A stretch of 64,000 nt of DNA from an uncultured Myxococcales bacterium (GTDB lineage Bacteria > Myxococcota_A > UBA9042 > DTJE01): positions 27,950 through 91,949 of the forward strand of contig CAINDP010000034.1 of the NCBI GenBank assembly GCA_903847405.1, in the 5' to 3' direction. Below, in pieces: positions 7,779 through 17,672 of the stretch. The notes beneath the pieces are model-generated. The model was not told where the DNA came from and ran no database searches. It worked only from the letters and a program-made list of their open reading frames with translations. The translations under genes and the position numbers were made by a program. Within the stretch, counting starts at the first letter, position 1. Each line of letters starts with the position of its first letter.

Positions 7779-10403
7779 TCACCGCGGCCGGTTGGGGGGC
7801 GGGGGCGTTGCGTGGGCGGGGTCCTCGGGCCAGGAATGGCGCGGATAGCGGCGCCGCAACTCGCGGGCCAGGGCCGGGTAGTGCCGCTCCCAGAACCCGG
7901 CCAGGTCGGTGGTCACCTGGACGTCGCGGCCCGCCGGCGTCAGCAGGTGCAGCACCACGGGCTCGCCGCCGCCCAGCACCGCGGGCCCCCGGGCCAGGCC
8001 GAAGAAGTCCTGCAGGCGCGACGCGGCGGAGGGCGGTTCGCCGGCCGGGTAGTCGATCCGCAGGGTCCGGCCGCCGGGGAGGCGGAACGACGTCGGCGCC
8101 AGGGCGTCCAGGGCGCGACGCTGGCCCGGGTCCAGGCGGGAGGACAGGGCGTCCAGGACACCGCGACGGCGCACGTCCGCCAGGGACCGGCAGCCCTGGC
8201 AGGCGTCCCGTCGCACGGCGTCGAGGTCCGCCGCATCGAACGACGGAAGGCCCAGGTCGGGCCGGCGGGCCCGCAGGAAGGCCACGCGGGCCAGCCAGGC
8301 GTCCGGGTCCTCGCGGTCGGCGGCCAGCGCGGCGAACGGTCGATCCCGGAGCCCGATCGCCAGGGCGGCGGCGACCGCCTCGGGCGCGCCCGGGAACGCG
8401 CGTTCCTCCAGCACCAGGCAGTCGTATGCCAGGCGACGCACCGACTCCACCCGGTCGGCGCCGGGCAGGAAGCGCACCTCGGTGGTTTCCCGGACCTCGT
8501 CGAACCGGCCCTCGATGAGGTCGTTTTCGTCCAGGGGTCGCGCCGAGCGCACCTGGAGGACCAGGGCCCGGCTGCCCGCGCGCTCGGAGGCGTCGGCGGC
8601 GATGACCAGGCGTCCTTCGGGAAGAAGGGCGTCGGCGGGGAGTTCGGCCGTGCCCCCCGAGGACAGGGCCAGTTCCAGGGCGCCCGCCCGGGCCAGCCCC
8701 GGAAGGGTCGAGCGACGGACCCGGCCCACACGGTCCGGAAAGCCGGCCAGCAGGGCCAGGGTCAGGGCGCGATCGCGGCCGCCCCCGTCCGCCGAACCGA
8801 TCCCCCCGGCCAGCCCGGCCCTGCGGGCCACGGACTCCAGGTGCGAGGCCGCCCGGCGCACCGCGGTCACCGCGACCGGATCCAGGTCGGCGTGCCGCCC
8901 TCCCGCGCACAGCAATCCCACCGCCTCGACGGGATCCAGGAAGCCCTCGGGGAGTCCCGACAATGCGTCGGACGCAGGGCCGGCGGACGTCGTTCGATCC
9001 GACTGCAGCATCCGCCGGGCGCCCGTCGAGCGACGCACGTCGCGTTCCGCCAGCACCGCGGCCAGCAGGCATCCTTCCGCCAGGCGTCCCCGGGCACCGG
9101 CCTCGGCGACCAGGCGTCCCAGCCGCGGGTGGGCGGGAAGGCCGGCGACGCGGACGCCCAGGTCGGTTACGCAGCCGTCCGCGCCGACCAGTTCCAGGCG
9201 GCGCAGCAGGACCTCGGCGGCCTCCAGGGCGGCCCGGGGCGGAGGATCCAGCCAGGGGACGCCGGCGGCCGGATCGATGCCGGCGGCACGCAGCAGCAGC
9301 ACGGCGTCGGCGAGGTCCGCCCGCGCGATTTCGGGGACGTCGGCCGCGGGCCGCCCGTCGTGATCGGACCGCGTGAACAGCCGGACGCACCGACCGGGCC
9401 CCACGCGTCCCGCGCGCCCGGTCCGCTGGGCGACCGAGGCCTGCGACACGGCCCCGACCCGCAGGGACGGCAGGCCCGACCAGGGGCTGTGGACCAGGCG
9501 GCGCGCCAGGCCGGAGTCCACCACCGCGGTCACGCCCTCGACCGTGATGGAGGTTTCGGCGACGTTGGTGGACAGGATGATCTTGGGGCGATCGCCGGGT
9601 TGCACGGCCCGGTCCTGCTCCTCGGGCGGCAGGTCGCCGTGCAGCGGCAGGACCAGGCGCCCGCTGCGACGGGCCAGGTCCGCCAGGGCGTCCCGGCATC
9701 GCCGGATCTCGGCCGCCCCGGGCAGGAACACCAGGATGTCCCCCTCGTCGGCGGCGACCAGGCGCTCCACCGACTGGGCGACCCGGGCCTCCAGGGGCCG
9801 CGCATCCGGGCTCGCCGCGTGCTCGACGGCCACGTCGAAGCGCCGCCCTTCCGCCCGAACCGCGGTGGCGTCCAGCGTCGCGGCCAGTCCCTCGGCATCC
9901 AGGGTCGCCGACATGATCACCAGCCGCAGGTCCGGCCGAGGCCCGGCCCGCAGCCGCCGCAGCAGCGCCAGGCACAGGTCCGCGTCCAGGCTGCGTTCGT
10001 GGAACTCGTCCAGCACGACCGCGCCGACGCCGGCCAGCGTCGGGTCGGCCAGCAGCCTGCGCACCAGCACGCCCTCGGTGACGTACCACAGGCGCGTGGC
10101 CGGGCCGCCCACGGACTCGAACCGCACCTTCCAGCCGACCGTGCCGCCCGGCGCCTCCCCGCGCTCGGCCGCGACGCGCCGGGCCGCCATGCGGGCCGCC
10201 AGCCGGCGCGGCTGCAGCACGACGATCTCGCCGTCGCCGCAAAGGCCGGAATCCAGGAGGGCCGGGGGAAGCCGCGTGGTCTTGCCCGACCCCGGCGGCG
10301 CCGCCAGGACCAGCACGGGGCGCTGCCGGAGGGCCGAAACCACCCCGGGCAGAACCTCGTCCACCGGCAGGGACACGCGTCCCGAGGCGGTCGTCCCTGT
10401 CAT
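7779..10403 (-). CDS. hrpB: ATP-dependent RNA helicase HrpB
   Basis: APPGSGKTT, DEFHER, MSAT, STNVAETSITV and QRTGRAGR motifs; HrpB C-terminus (RLQDFFG...QVTTDLAGFW...RRRYPRHSWPEDP). Confidence 0.95.
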   Translation of the reverse strand: MTGTTASGRVSLPVDEVLPGVVSALRQRPVLVLAAPPGSGKTTRLPPALLDSGLCGDGEIVVLQPRRLAARMAARRVAAERGEAPGGTVGWKVRFESVGGPATRLWYVTEGVLVRRLLADPTLAGVGAVVLDEFHERSLDADLCLALLRRLRAGPRPDLRLVIMSATLDAEGLAATLDATAVRAEGRRFDVAVEHAASPDARPLEARVAQSVERLVAADEGDILVFLPGAAEIRRCRDALADLARRSGRLVLPLHGDLPPEEQDRAVQPGDRPKIILSTNVAETSITVEGVTAVVDSGLARRLVHSPWSGLPSLRVGAVSQASVAQRTGRAGRVGPGRCVRLFTRSDHDGRPAADVPEIARADLADAVLLLRAAGIDPAAGVPWLDPPPRAALEAAEVLLRRLELVGADGCVTDLGVRVAGLPAHPRLGRLVAEAGARGRLAEGCLLAAVLAERDVRRSTGARRMLQSDRTTSAGPASDALSGLPEGFLDPVEAVGLLCAGGRHADLDPVAVTAVRRAASHLESVARRAGLAGGIGSADGGGRDRALTLALLAGFPDRVGRVRRSTLPGLARAGALELALSSGGTAELPADALLPEGRLVIAADASERAGSRALVLQVRSARPLDENDLIEGRFDEVRETTEVRFLPGADRVESVRRLAYDCLVLEERAFPGAPEAVAAALAIGLRDRPFAALAADREDPDAWLARVAFLRARRPDLGLPSFDAADLDAVRRDACQGCRSLADVRRRGVLDALSSRLDPGQRRALDALAPTSFRLPGGRTLRIDYPAGEPPSAASRLQDFFGLARGPAVLGGGEPVVLHLLTPAGRDVQVTTDLAGFWERHYPALARELRRRYPRHSWPEDPAHATPPPPNRPR

Positions 10404-10465
10404 CTGCTCCCCATTCCCGTCGCGGGCGGCCTATCATACCCGCGTCGTCTCCCTGGGGAACCTCG

Positions 10466-10891
10466 ATGGACTCTCCGCACCACTGGCTGATGAAGACCGA
10501 GCCGGGAACCTTCGCCTGGAGCGACCTGGTCGAACGGGGGACCGATCCCTGGGACGGCGTCCGCAACGCCCAGGCCCGGAATCACCTGCGATCCATGACC
10601 GTCGGCGACCTGGCGCTGATCTACCACTCGGGCGACGAGCGCCGGATCGTCGGCGTGGCCCGCGTCGCGTCCCTGCCCTACCCCGATTCCACCAGCGACG
10701 ATCCCCGGTGGGTCATGGTGGACGTCGAGCCGCTGCAGGCGCTGCCGCGCTCCGTCACCCTGGCCGACGTCAAGGCCGACCCGGTCCTGTCCACCCTGGC
10801 CATCGTGCGCCAGCCCCGCCTGTCCGTGGCGCCGGTCACCCTGGAGCAGTTCGAGCGAATCCTGAAGATGGGCGGGATCGACGAGGGGTGA
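10466..10891 (+). CDS. EVE-domain protein
   Basis: WLMKTEP...WDGVRNAQARN...GDLALIYHS...RLSVAPV. Confidence 0.92.
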   Translation: MDSPHHWLMKTEPGTFAWSDLVERGTDPWDGVRNAQARNHLRSMTVGDLALIYHSGDERRIVGVARVASLPYPDSTSDDPRWVMVDVEPLQALPRSVTLADVKADPVLSTLAIVRQPRLSVAPVTLEQFERILKMGGIDEG

Positions 10892-10913
10892 GGGGAGCGG
10901 GGCGGGGGCAGGA

Positions 10914-10960
10914 TTCGTCCACGTCGACGTCCACGTCCACGTGCACGTCGAAGTCCACGA
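10914..10960. repeat. Intergenic GTSSAC-hexamer element, copy 1
   Basis: ttc-gtccac-gtcgac-gtccac-gtccac-gtgcac-gtcgaa-gtccac-ga; a near-identical element lies at 21093-21145. Confidence 0.8.
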
Positions 10961-10965
10961 ACGAT

Positions 10966-11835
10966 TCAGGGCCCGCGGACGCACTTGATGGCGGCGCTCT
11001 GCATGCCGGACATCGAGGGCGGCACGTTGATGCCGGCGTCGAAGAACGTGACGTACCACGCCCGCTTGTCGCCGGTGGACGAGGCCTTGACCTGCGTGGC
11101 CGACCAGTACAGGTTGCAGTACCACTCGAACGTGTTGTCCATGTAGCACTTGCGGGTCGGGTCGCCGATCTTTTCCACCGGGCCCAGGTTCATGCCGCAG
11201 CCGTCGCAGGCCGACGTGCGGGCGGTTTCGAGGATGGTCGTGGCGACGATCGGGCAGGCGCCGCCGTCGCCCGTGTTCGCGTCGCAACCGATGATCAGTT
11301 CGCGCAGTTCCACGATGGTCGGCAGGTGCCAGTCCGTGAACCCGCCGTACCGCTGCTTGTTCAGGTCGGTACAGTACGTCCGGGCGTCGTCCAGCAGCGA
11401 CGAGAACCCCATGCCCTTCATCCAGGTCCGCTGGGTGTTCGTGTCCAGCATCGTGCCGTCGCAGTTGTCCTGGAGGCCCCACGGGCTTTTCGGGTACTCG
11501 CAGGGCGGGCCCGGGTCCGTGGGACCCTCGTCGGCCGGGCCCGGGTCCACGGCCACGGGGTTGTCAACCACGCCCGGATCCACGGCCGGCGAATCCTTGC
11601 CCGGGTCCGTCGGAGTGCCCGGATCCCCCGCGTCGGCCGGGGGCGTGCCCGGGTCCTCGCCGTCGGGCGTCGCGATCACGTCGTCCGGCTGCGGGCGGTC
11701 GCCGTAGAAGATGTCGATGGGGCCGCCCGGGTCCAGCGTGACCAGGCCCTCGTCGGTTCCCCCCGAAGAGGAACTGCAGGCCACGAAGGCGGCCATGGCC
11801 AGGCCGCCCAGGATGCCGAGGATCGTCAACCGCAT
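10966..11835 (-). CDS. DUF1566 (Lcl C-terminal) domain lipoprotein
   Basis: Lipobox FVAC; DPG-rich linker; DNCDGTMLDTNTQRTW, GGFTDWHLPTIVEL, YWSAT, AWYVTF and KCVR motifs. Confidence 0.85.
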   Translation of the reverse strand: MRLTILGILGGLAMAAFVACSSSSGGTDEGLVTLDPGGPIDIFYGDRPQPDDVIATPDGEDPGTPPADAGDPGTPTDPGKDSPAVDPGVVDNPVAVDPGPADEGPTDPGPPCEYPKSPWGLQDNCDGTMLDTNTQRTWMKGMGFSSLLDDARTYCTDLNKQRYGGFTDWHLPTIVELRELIIGCDANTGDGGACPIVATTILETARTSACDGCGMNLGPVEKIGDPTRKCYMDNTFEWYCNLYWSATQVKASSTGDKRAWYVTFFDAGINVPPSMSGMQSAAIKCVRGP

Positions 11836-11920
11836 CGTGCACTCCTCCAAACGGGCGAAGGATACGGTGTCCGTGCCGAAAAATCGACAGGCTCGAGCGG
11901 CCGATCCCACGTGGGCAGCG

Positions 11921-13585
11921 TCAGGCGCGAATCCGGAACTCCTTCCACGCCTGGTGGTTCAGTTCGTCGCGGAAGCGCGGATCCGACACCGAAATGAGGT
12001 TCCGGACGAACCGGTGCTGGTCGACGCCGGACATCTGCGCCACGCCGTGCTCGGTCACCAGGAAGAACCGCGCGCCCTCGCGGCCGCCCATGACGTCCGG
12101 GCCGATGTAGGAAATCGGCGTGCCCATGGGCTGGAACGGGAAGATCGAACTGCGCAGCTTGCCTTCGGGCGTCGTGTGCGTGGACTTCATGCAGAAGTAC
12201 CCGATGCCGCCCCGGGACAGGCCGCGATTGATGGTCGCGCCGCCGCCCACGCCGCTGAAGTGGTTCCGGTCCCGGCCGCCCGCGTTGATGTGCCCCTGGA
12301 AGTCGATGGACAGGCAGTTGTTGATGCCCATGCCATAGTGGAAGGCCTCGGGAATGACCACGCGGGACGCCGGCGCGATGATGAGGTTCGGGTTGTTGTC
12401 CAGCTTCTTGTAGAAGTCGCTGCCCTCGGTGCAAATCGTGAACGTCGCCACCAGCTTGCCGTCCAGCACCGTGCGACGGCCGTCCTTTTCGATGAAGTGG
12501 GTGCCGCTGATCTTGCCCGCCTCGAACAGGTCCAGCGTGAAGGGCTCCAGCATTTCGGTGTAGCAGCGGCCGGTCCACGACGACGACTTGAGGTCCTTGA
12601 TGACCAGGACGCCGGTGCCGCCGAAGCCCACCTGGATGGCCCGCCCCTGCGTGTACCGCAGGTTCTGCTCGATGTGGTTCACCGCGTTCTGGGCGATGGT
12701 CACCTCGGAATGCGCCGGGTTGTCCAGGGCGTTGGCGGGCAGGGCCGGCAGGCGGCCGTCGTTGTCCTCGACCACGAACAGTTTCCCGGCCCGCGCCAGA
12801 CCCTCGAACCGGCTGGCGTGGATCGTGTTGGCCGCGTACTCGTCGCCATAGCCGCGCGTGAAGGGGTACTTCGGGTTCATGTACAGCAGGATGTTGATGG
12901 TCTTCAGGCGCAGGGCCTTTTCCAGGATCTCGCCGTTCGCGCCGTTCGCCAGGCCGTGCGACAGTTCGCCCTTTTCGTTCGGGGGCGTCATCGTCATCAC
13001 GAAGGTGTCGACCTGCGGATTGTCGTCCGGGTCGTACCCCATGCTGTCCACGGCGTCGGGGAAGTGGATGGACTGCATGCGGGTGATGCCCATGCGCGTG
13101 GTGTTGCGGCCGACGTAGTCGGGATACAGCGCGCGGGTCAGGAAGTTCGACGGGATCACGGCGTTCGTCGCCGGCCCGATGAAGGCCGACGTGAACGTGA
13201 TGCGGCGGCGGTGCAGTTCCTCGTAGTGCCCGATCAGGCGCTTCAGGCCTTCCAGCTTCTTGGTGACGGCGTTGACCTTCCGGGCGAACCGGCCCAGGGA
13301 GGAATCCGATGCGGAACTGGCTGCCAGGTCCGCCAGGGCGCCCTTGCTCTTCAGCGCCGAGCCCAGGCACAGTTCGTAGGGCGCCATGAACAGGGCCTGC
13401 CGGATGTCCAGCCCCGTGATGTCCTCGCGTTCGATGTGGCCCCACAGCGAGTCGTAGAACGTCGTGGGTTCGGACGTGGCGAAGCCGGAGGCCACGGTCA
13501 TGCCCGAACGCACCGCGCGGCGCAGCGCCTCGTCGTTCGGCAGGACGCAGTCGGCGAAGAACGCGGGAACATTCGTATACGGCAT
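11921..13585 (-). CDS. Acetyl-CoA hydrolase/CoA-transferase family protein
   Basis: IQVGFGG, YTEM (catalytic Glu position), INNCLSIDFQG, SGVGG and LVTEHGVA motifs. Confidence 0.8.
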   Translation of the reverse strand: MPYTNVPAFFADCVLPNDEALRRAVRSGMTVASGFATSEPTTFYDSLWGHIEREDITGLDIRQALFMAPYELCLGSALKSKGALADLAASSASDSSLGRFARKVNAVTKKLEGLKRLIGHYEELHRRRITFTSAFIGPATNAVIPSNFLTRALYPDYVGRNTTRMGITRMQSIHFPDAVDSMGYDPDDNPQVDTFVMTMTPPNEKGELSHGLANGANGEILEKALRLKTINILLYMNPKYPFTRGYGDEYAANTIHASRFEGLARAGKLFVVEDNDGRLPALPANALDNPAHSEVTIAQNAVNHIEQNLRYTQGRAIQVGFGGTGVLVIKDLKSSSWTGRCYTEMLEPFTLDLFEAGKISGTHFIEKDGRRTVLDGKLVATFTICTEGSDFYKKLDNNPNLIIAPASRVVIPEAFHYGMGINNCLSIDFQGHINAGGRDRNHFSGVGGGATINRGLSRGGIGYFCMKSTHTTPEGKLRSSIFPFQPMGTPISYIGPDVMGGREGARFFLVTEHGVAQMSGVDQHRFVRNLISVSDPRFRDELNHQAWKEFRIRA

Positions 13586-13750
13586 CGTAACCCCCCAAGA
13601 CTGAAAGTGCGTCGTACCTCCGGGGCGCAGGCGAATCCTACGAACCCTACACGGGTCCGATAACTACCATTTACCGCAGGGACCCGGCAAGACGGGCTTT
13701 TGAGGGATGTTTTGCGTCCGATTTACCGTCCGGCATTCCCGCGTCCGCGG

Positions 13751-14641
13751 TCAGGGGACGGGACCGCACCCGCACAGGCCCAGGGGCCCCAACTGGCACT
13801 GGCCCCGGACGTCGTTCAGCAGCAGGCACTTTTCGGCCGTGCACTGGGGGTTCAGATCCTCGCCGCACGGGTCGTCGCGGGAATCGACGCACGTACAACT
13901 CGTGCCGTCCGGGCGGCAGCGGCCGGGACGATCGAACCCCAGGTCGCAGAGGTTGCCCCAGCACTGGGGATTCAGCGCGCTGCCGCAAGGGTCCTTGGCC
14001 GTCTTGCATCCGCACGTCAGGTCCAGCCCGGCCCCCTGGCACATGCCCAGGACCCCGCCTTTCAGCCAGCACTGGAAGGGCGTGCACGCCGTCACCGGCT
14101 TGACCAGACCGCAGACGTCGACCCGGGCGCACCCACATTTTTCGGTGCCGGTCGGCCGCGTGCACAGGCCGTAGTTCCCGTCCCCGAGGTCGCACAGGCG
14201 ACGAAGGCATTGGGGATTGAGGACGGTCGAACAGGGACCGGGCGCCCCCTGGCAGACACACTTGGCAAGGCCGGTGACGTCCAGGGCGCACGCGTCGTTC
14301 GTGGTGGTCGGGTCGCCATCATCGCAGGCGGCCGCGGTGCAGTTGGGGTTCAGCGCCGCCCCGCAGGGTTCCGTCGGCGGAACGTCGTCCCCGGGCGCAT
14401 CGACGGCCGGAACGTCCACGGTCGGAACGTCGTCCGCGGGGGTATCGAGGGTCGGGGTGTCGATGCCCGACAGGTCCGGCGCCACACCGTCCGCGCCGGG
14501 ATCCACCGCCAGGGGCACGTCCGCCGGAACGTCCTGCAGGCCCTGGAAGTCCACGGCCGCGACGGTGACCTTGCACCCGGCGACGGCCCACAGAACCAGC
14601 ATCGCCCCGAGGGCGGTCGTTCGGAGTCCCCGGCGAACCAT
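13751..14641 (-). CDS. Cys-rich repeat lipoprotein
   Basis: Lipobox VAGC; DVP-rich linker; four PC...LNP(Q/N)C repeats. Confidence 0.7.
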   Translation of the reverse strand: MVRRGLRTTALGAMLVLWAVAGCKVTVAAVDFQGLQDVPADVPLAVDPGADGVAPDLSGIDTPTLDTPADDVPTVDVPAVDAPGDDVPPTEPCGAALNPNCTAAACDDGDPTTTNDACALDVTGLAKCVCQGAPGPCSTVLNPQCLRRLCDLGDGNYGLCTRPTGTEKCGCARVDVCGLVKPVTACTPFQCWLKGGVLGMCQGAGLDLTCGCKTAKDPCGSALNPQCWGNLCDLGFDRPGRCRPDGTSCTCVDSRDDPCGEDLNPQCTAEKCLLLNDVRGQCQLGPLGLCGCGPVP

Positions 14642-14714
14642 GTGGATCCTCCCTGCGTCTTGTCGGAAGCAATCATACTACTGCTACAGGGGAACGGGGA
14701 ACCCGGCAGCGCCG

Positions 14715-15959
14715 TTAGCGGATCATGCCCTGCAGGCGACCGTAGGGCGGAAGGGGACCGACGAGGGGGCGGGCGTACTCCAGGAAGGCCTCGGTCACGT
14801 TGTTGCCGTCCGGGACCAGGAACGAATCGGGCATCGCGCGGGTCTCGCGGGCCACGTTCGCCAGTTCGGTGTGCTCGTACCGGACGCGGTACTCGCCGGG
14901 CTCGCGGATCATCACGACCGAGCCGTCGTGGTGCTCGCCGGTGGCCAGCGCAACCGCCTGGCGACCGCACTCGCGGGCCTCCGAGGCGTCCACCTCGGAC
15001 ACGACGCCCGGGAACGAGCGCTGCAGGTACCCCAGAGTGTCGGCACGCACGCGCAGGCCCAGGCCCAGGCGCTTTTCGGTGCTGAGGCCGTCCTTGACGT
15101 GCTGGGCCAGCCAGTCGCCCAGGGCGCCGCTGCCCGACAACTGGATGTTCGCGTGGGTGTCCTTTTCGACGGACCGCGCGGACTTTTCGGCCATGATTTC
15201 GGCCATCGTGCGCTTCAGCGGGTCGGTGCCGTCGATGATGCCTTCCGACACGGCCACCACGCAGCGGCCCAGGCGGCGGTACACGTCCTCGACGTCGGAC
15301 AGGAAGCGATCCAGGAAGAACGGCCGCTCGGGCACATACACCAGGTGCGGGCCGTCGTCGGGCCACTTGCGGGCCAGGGCCGAGGCCGCCGTCAGGAAGC
15401 CCGCGTTGCGGCCCATGACGATGTCGATCTTGATGCCCGGGAGCGCCCGGTTGTCCAGGTTGTCCCCCAGGAAGGCGCTGGCCACGAACCGGGCGGCGCT
15501 GCCGTACCCGGGGCAGTGGTCGGTGACCCGGAGGTCGTTGTCCACGGTCTTCGGCACGTGGAAGCAGCGCAGGTCGTAGTTCGCCGCGTGCGCCGCCTGG
15601 CTGACGATGTTGACGGTTTCCGCCGAGTCGTTGCCGCCGATGTAGAAGTAGTAGCGGACGTCGTGCTTCCGCATCACCTCGAACATCTTGTAGCAGTCTT
15701 CGGCCTTCGGCTTCTGGCGCACGGAACCCAGGGCCGAGGACGGCGTGCGGGCGACCTCCTCCAGGACGTCCCGCGACTCCGCGAAGAGGTCCACGAAGTC
15801 CTCCCGCAGGATGCCCTTGACGCCGTGCCGCGCACCCAGCAACTGCTGGATCACGCCGGACGAACGGGCGGCTTCGATGACGCCCACCAGGCTCTGGTTG
15901 ATGACCGCCGTGGGGCCACCGGACTGCCCGACGACCGCGTTTCCCCGAATGCCCGCCAT
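14715..15959 (-). CDS. pfp: Phosphofructokinase, probably PPi-dependent
   Basis: GQSGGPTAVIN, GGNDS and PKTVDND carry the Asp/Lys signature residues of PPi-type enzymes; also MGRNAG and GYLQR. Confidence 0.85.
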   Translation of the reverse strand: MAGIRGNAVVGQSGGPTAVINQSLVGVIEAARSSGVIQQLLGARHGVKGILREDFVDLFAESRDVLEEVARTPSSALGSVRQKPKAEDCYKMFEVMRKHDVRYYFYIGGNDSAETVNIVSQAAHAANYDLRCFHVPKTVDNDLRVTDHCPGYGSAARFVASAFLGDNLDNRALPGIKIDIVMGRNAGFLTAASALARKWPDDGPHLVYVPERPFFLDRFLSDVEDVYRRLGRCVVAVSEGIIDGTDPLKRTMAEIMAEKSARSVEKDTHANIQLSGSGALGDWLAQHVKDGLSTEKRLGLGLRVRADTLGYLQRSFPGVVSEVDASEARECGRQAVALATGEHHDGSVVMIREPGEYRVRYEHTELANVARETRAMPDSFLVPDGNNVTEAFLEYARPLVGPLPPYGRLQGMIR

Positions 15960-16138
15960 GATCGTTTCCCCCTCTGGATGGGCCGCCGTCCGTCCCTCGC
16001 GATGCACCGAAGGATGCCCTGCTTTTAAGGGAGGACGGCGCGTACGTCAAGACGCGATGGGACAAGGGGAAGGCGGGCTGGAGGGGGGATGCGTCTTTCG
16101 GGGGGAGGTATGATGTCGGGGCGTCCCTGGAGGCATCG

Positions 16139-17050
16139 ATGGCTCTCGTCGACACCCACGTCCACCTGGCCGACATGCCGCTGGCCGGCGACCTGCCGGG
16201 CGTGCTGGCGAGGGCGCGGGCGGCGGGGGTGGACGCCTTCGTGGTCCCGTCGGGGGACGAAGCGACGTCCCGGGCGGCCCGGGACCTGGCGCGACGGCAC
16301 CCCGGCGAGGTGTTCGCTGCGGCGGGCCTGCATCCTTCGTTCCTCCCGAGCGCGCAGGCGCAGGCGATGGGTTTCCTCAGGAAACTCTCGCCGGAGCCGA
16401 AGCCGACTCGGGACGATCCAGTGGACCCGGGGACCGATGGCGCCCCCGCGCTGGCCTGGCTGGAAACGATGCTGGCCGAGGGAGGGTTCGTCGCCGTGGG
16501 CGAAACCGGCCTGGACGACGTGATTCCCCGGGCCGATCTGGACGCCCAGGAACGGGTCTTCCGGGCCCAGGCCGGCATGGCCCGGGAGGCGGGGCTTCCC
16601 CTGATCGTCCACGTCCGGGGGGCCTTCGAACGACTGGTGCGCGTGCTGGAGTCCATCGGCCCCGGCGGGCCCGGGGGCGTCCTGCACGCCTTCGGCGGGT
16701 CGGCGGAAATCGCGGCGCGCCTGCGACGCCTGGGCTTCCTGCGCGGGGTGGCGGGCGGCGTGACCCGCCCGGAAGCCGTGAAGCTCCGCGCCGCGGTGGC
16801 CCGGACGCCGCTGGACGCCCTGGTGCTGGAAACGGATGCCCCGTACATCGGGACCTTTCGGCGGCCAAAGGGGACCGTCGAACCGGCCGACGTGGCCGAC
16901 ATCCGGGATGCGGTGGCGATGCTGCATGGAGTGGCGCCCGGGGAGGTCGAGGCCAGGACCTCGGCGGCCGCGCGGTCGCTGTTCCGGCTCAGTCCCGCGA
17001 CGTCGAACTCGGGAGGCTCCGACCCAGGGCCACGGCCGAACAGGCAATGA
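16139..17050 (+). CDS. TatD-family metal-dependent hydrolase
   Basis: DTHVH, GLHP, VGETGLD, IVHVR, VLHAF and LETDAPY motifs. Confidence 0.92.
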   Translation: MALVDTHVHLADMPLAGDLPGVLARARAAGVDAFVVPSGDEATSRAARDLARRHPGEVFAAAGLHPSFLPSAQAQAMGFLRKLSPEPKPTRDDPVDPGTDGAPALAWLETMLAEGGFVAVGETGLDDVIPRADLDAQERVFRAQAGMAREAGLPLIVHVRGAFERLVRVLESIGPGGPGGVLHAFGGSAEIAARLRRLGFLRGVAGGVTRPEAVKLRAAVARTPLDALVLETDAPYIGTFRRPKGTVEPADVADIRDAVAMLHGVAPGEVEARTSAAARSLFRLSPATSNSGGSDPGPRPNRQ

Positions 17051-17672
17051 ACCCCACGATCGTGACCAGGACCATCCACTCGGTGACGGCCAGTCCCCAG
17101 ACGTCCGTCCGCGGCACGCCCGACAAGGGATCCAGCATCCGGAAATCCGGCGCCCCGGTCAGGTAGGGCCACGCCAGGAACGCAGCGAAGGCGAGGGCCG
17201 TGGCCGCCGCCGGCACCAGCAGCCAGCGCGGCAGTTTCCGGCCCCGGTCGCGCAGGATGGCCACCGCAAACAGGATCACCGTCACCAGGCCGCCGTCGAA
17301 GAAGGTGAAGGCGGCCGTCAGGTGCGGCGGAAGGTCGTTCATCGGATACAGCCCCACCGCGGACGTGCCCAGCCCCGACACCACCCCGGCGATGCCGGCG
17401 GCCCACCCCAGGCGGGTGCCCACATGGCGCCCCAGGAACAGCAGGAAGGCCGCCATCAGGAGGCCCGAGACCACCAGGCTGCCGTTGAACAGCCAGGCCA
17501 GGGACGACACGCCGACCTCGCCCAGTTCCGAAATGAAATGGTTGAGGGGCGAGTAGGCTTCGCCGGCCTTGCCCGTGTAGGCCAGCGCGGGCAGCAGGAC
17601 GCCCGGCACCAGGAGCAGGGGCCCCAGCAGTCCGCCCAGCCGCGCCATTCGCCCCGGGCCGCTTCGCGTCAT
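16989..17672 (-). CDS. DUF998-family membrane protein
   Basis: ATG overlaps the PBP stop (ATGA); YSPLNHFISELG motif; several TM helices; EW near the C-terminus. Confidence 0.75.
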   Translation of the reverse strand: MTRSGPGRMARLGGLLGPLLLVPGVLLPALAYTGKAGEAYSPLNHFISELGEVGVSSLAWLFNGSLVVSGLLMAAFLLFLGRHVGTRLGWAAGIAGVVSGLGTSAVGLYPMNDLPPHLTAAFTFFDGGLVTVILFAVAILRDRGRKLPRWLLVPAAATALAFAAFLAWPYLTGAPDFRMLDPLSGVPRTDVWGLAVTEWMVLVTIVGFIACSAVALGRSLPSSTSRD

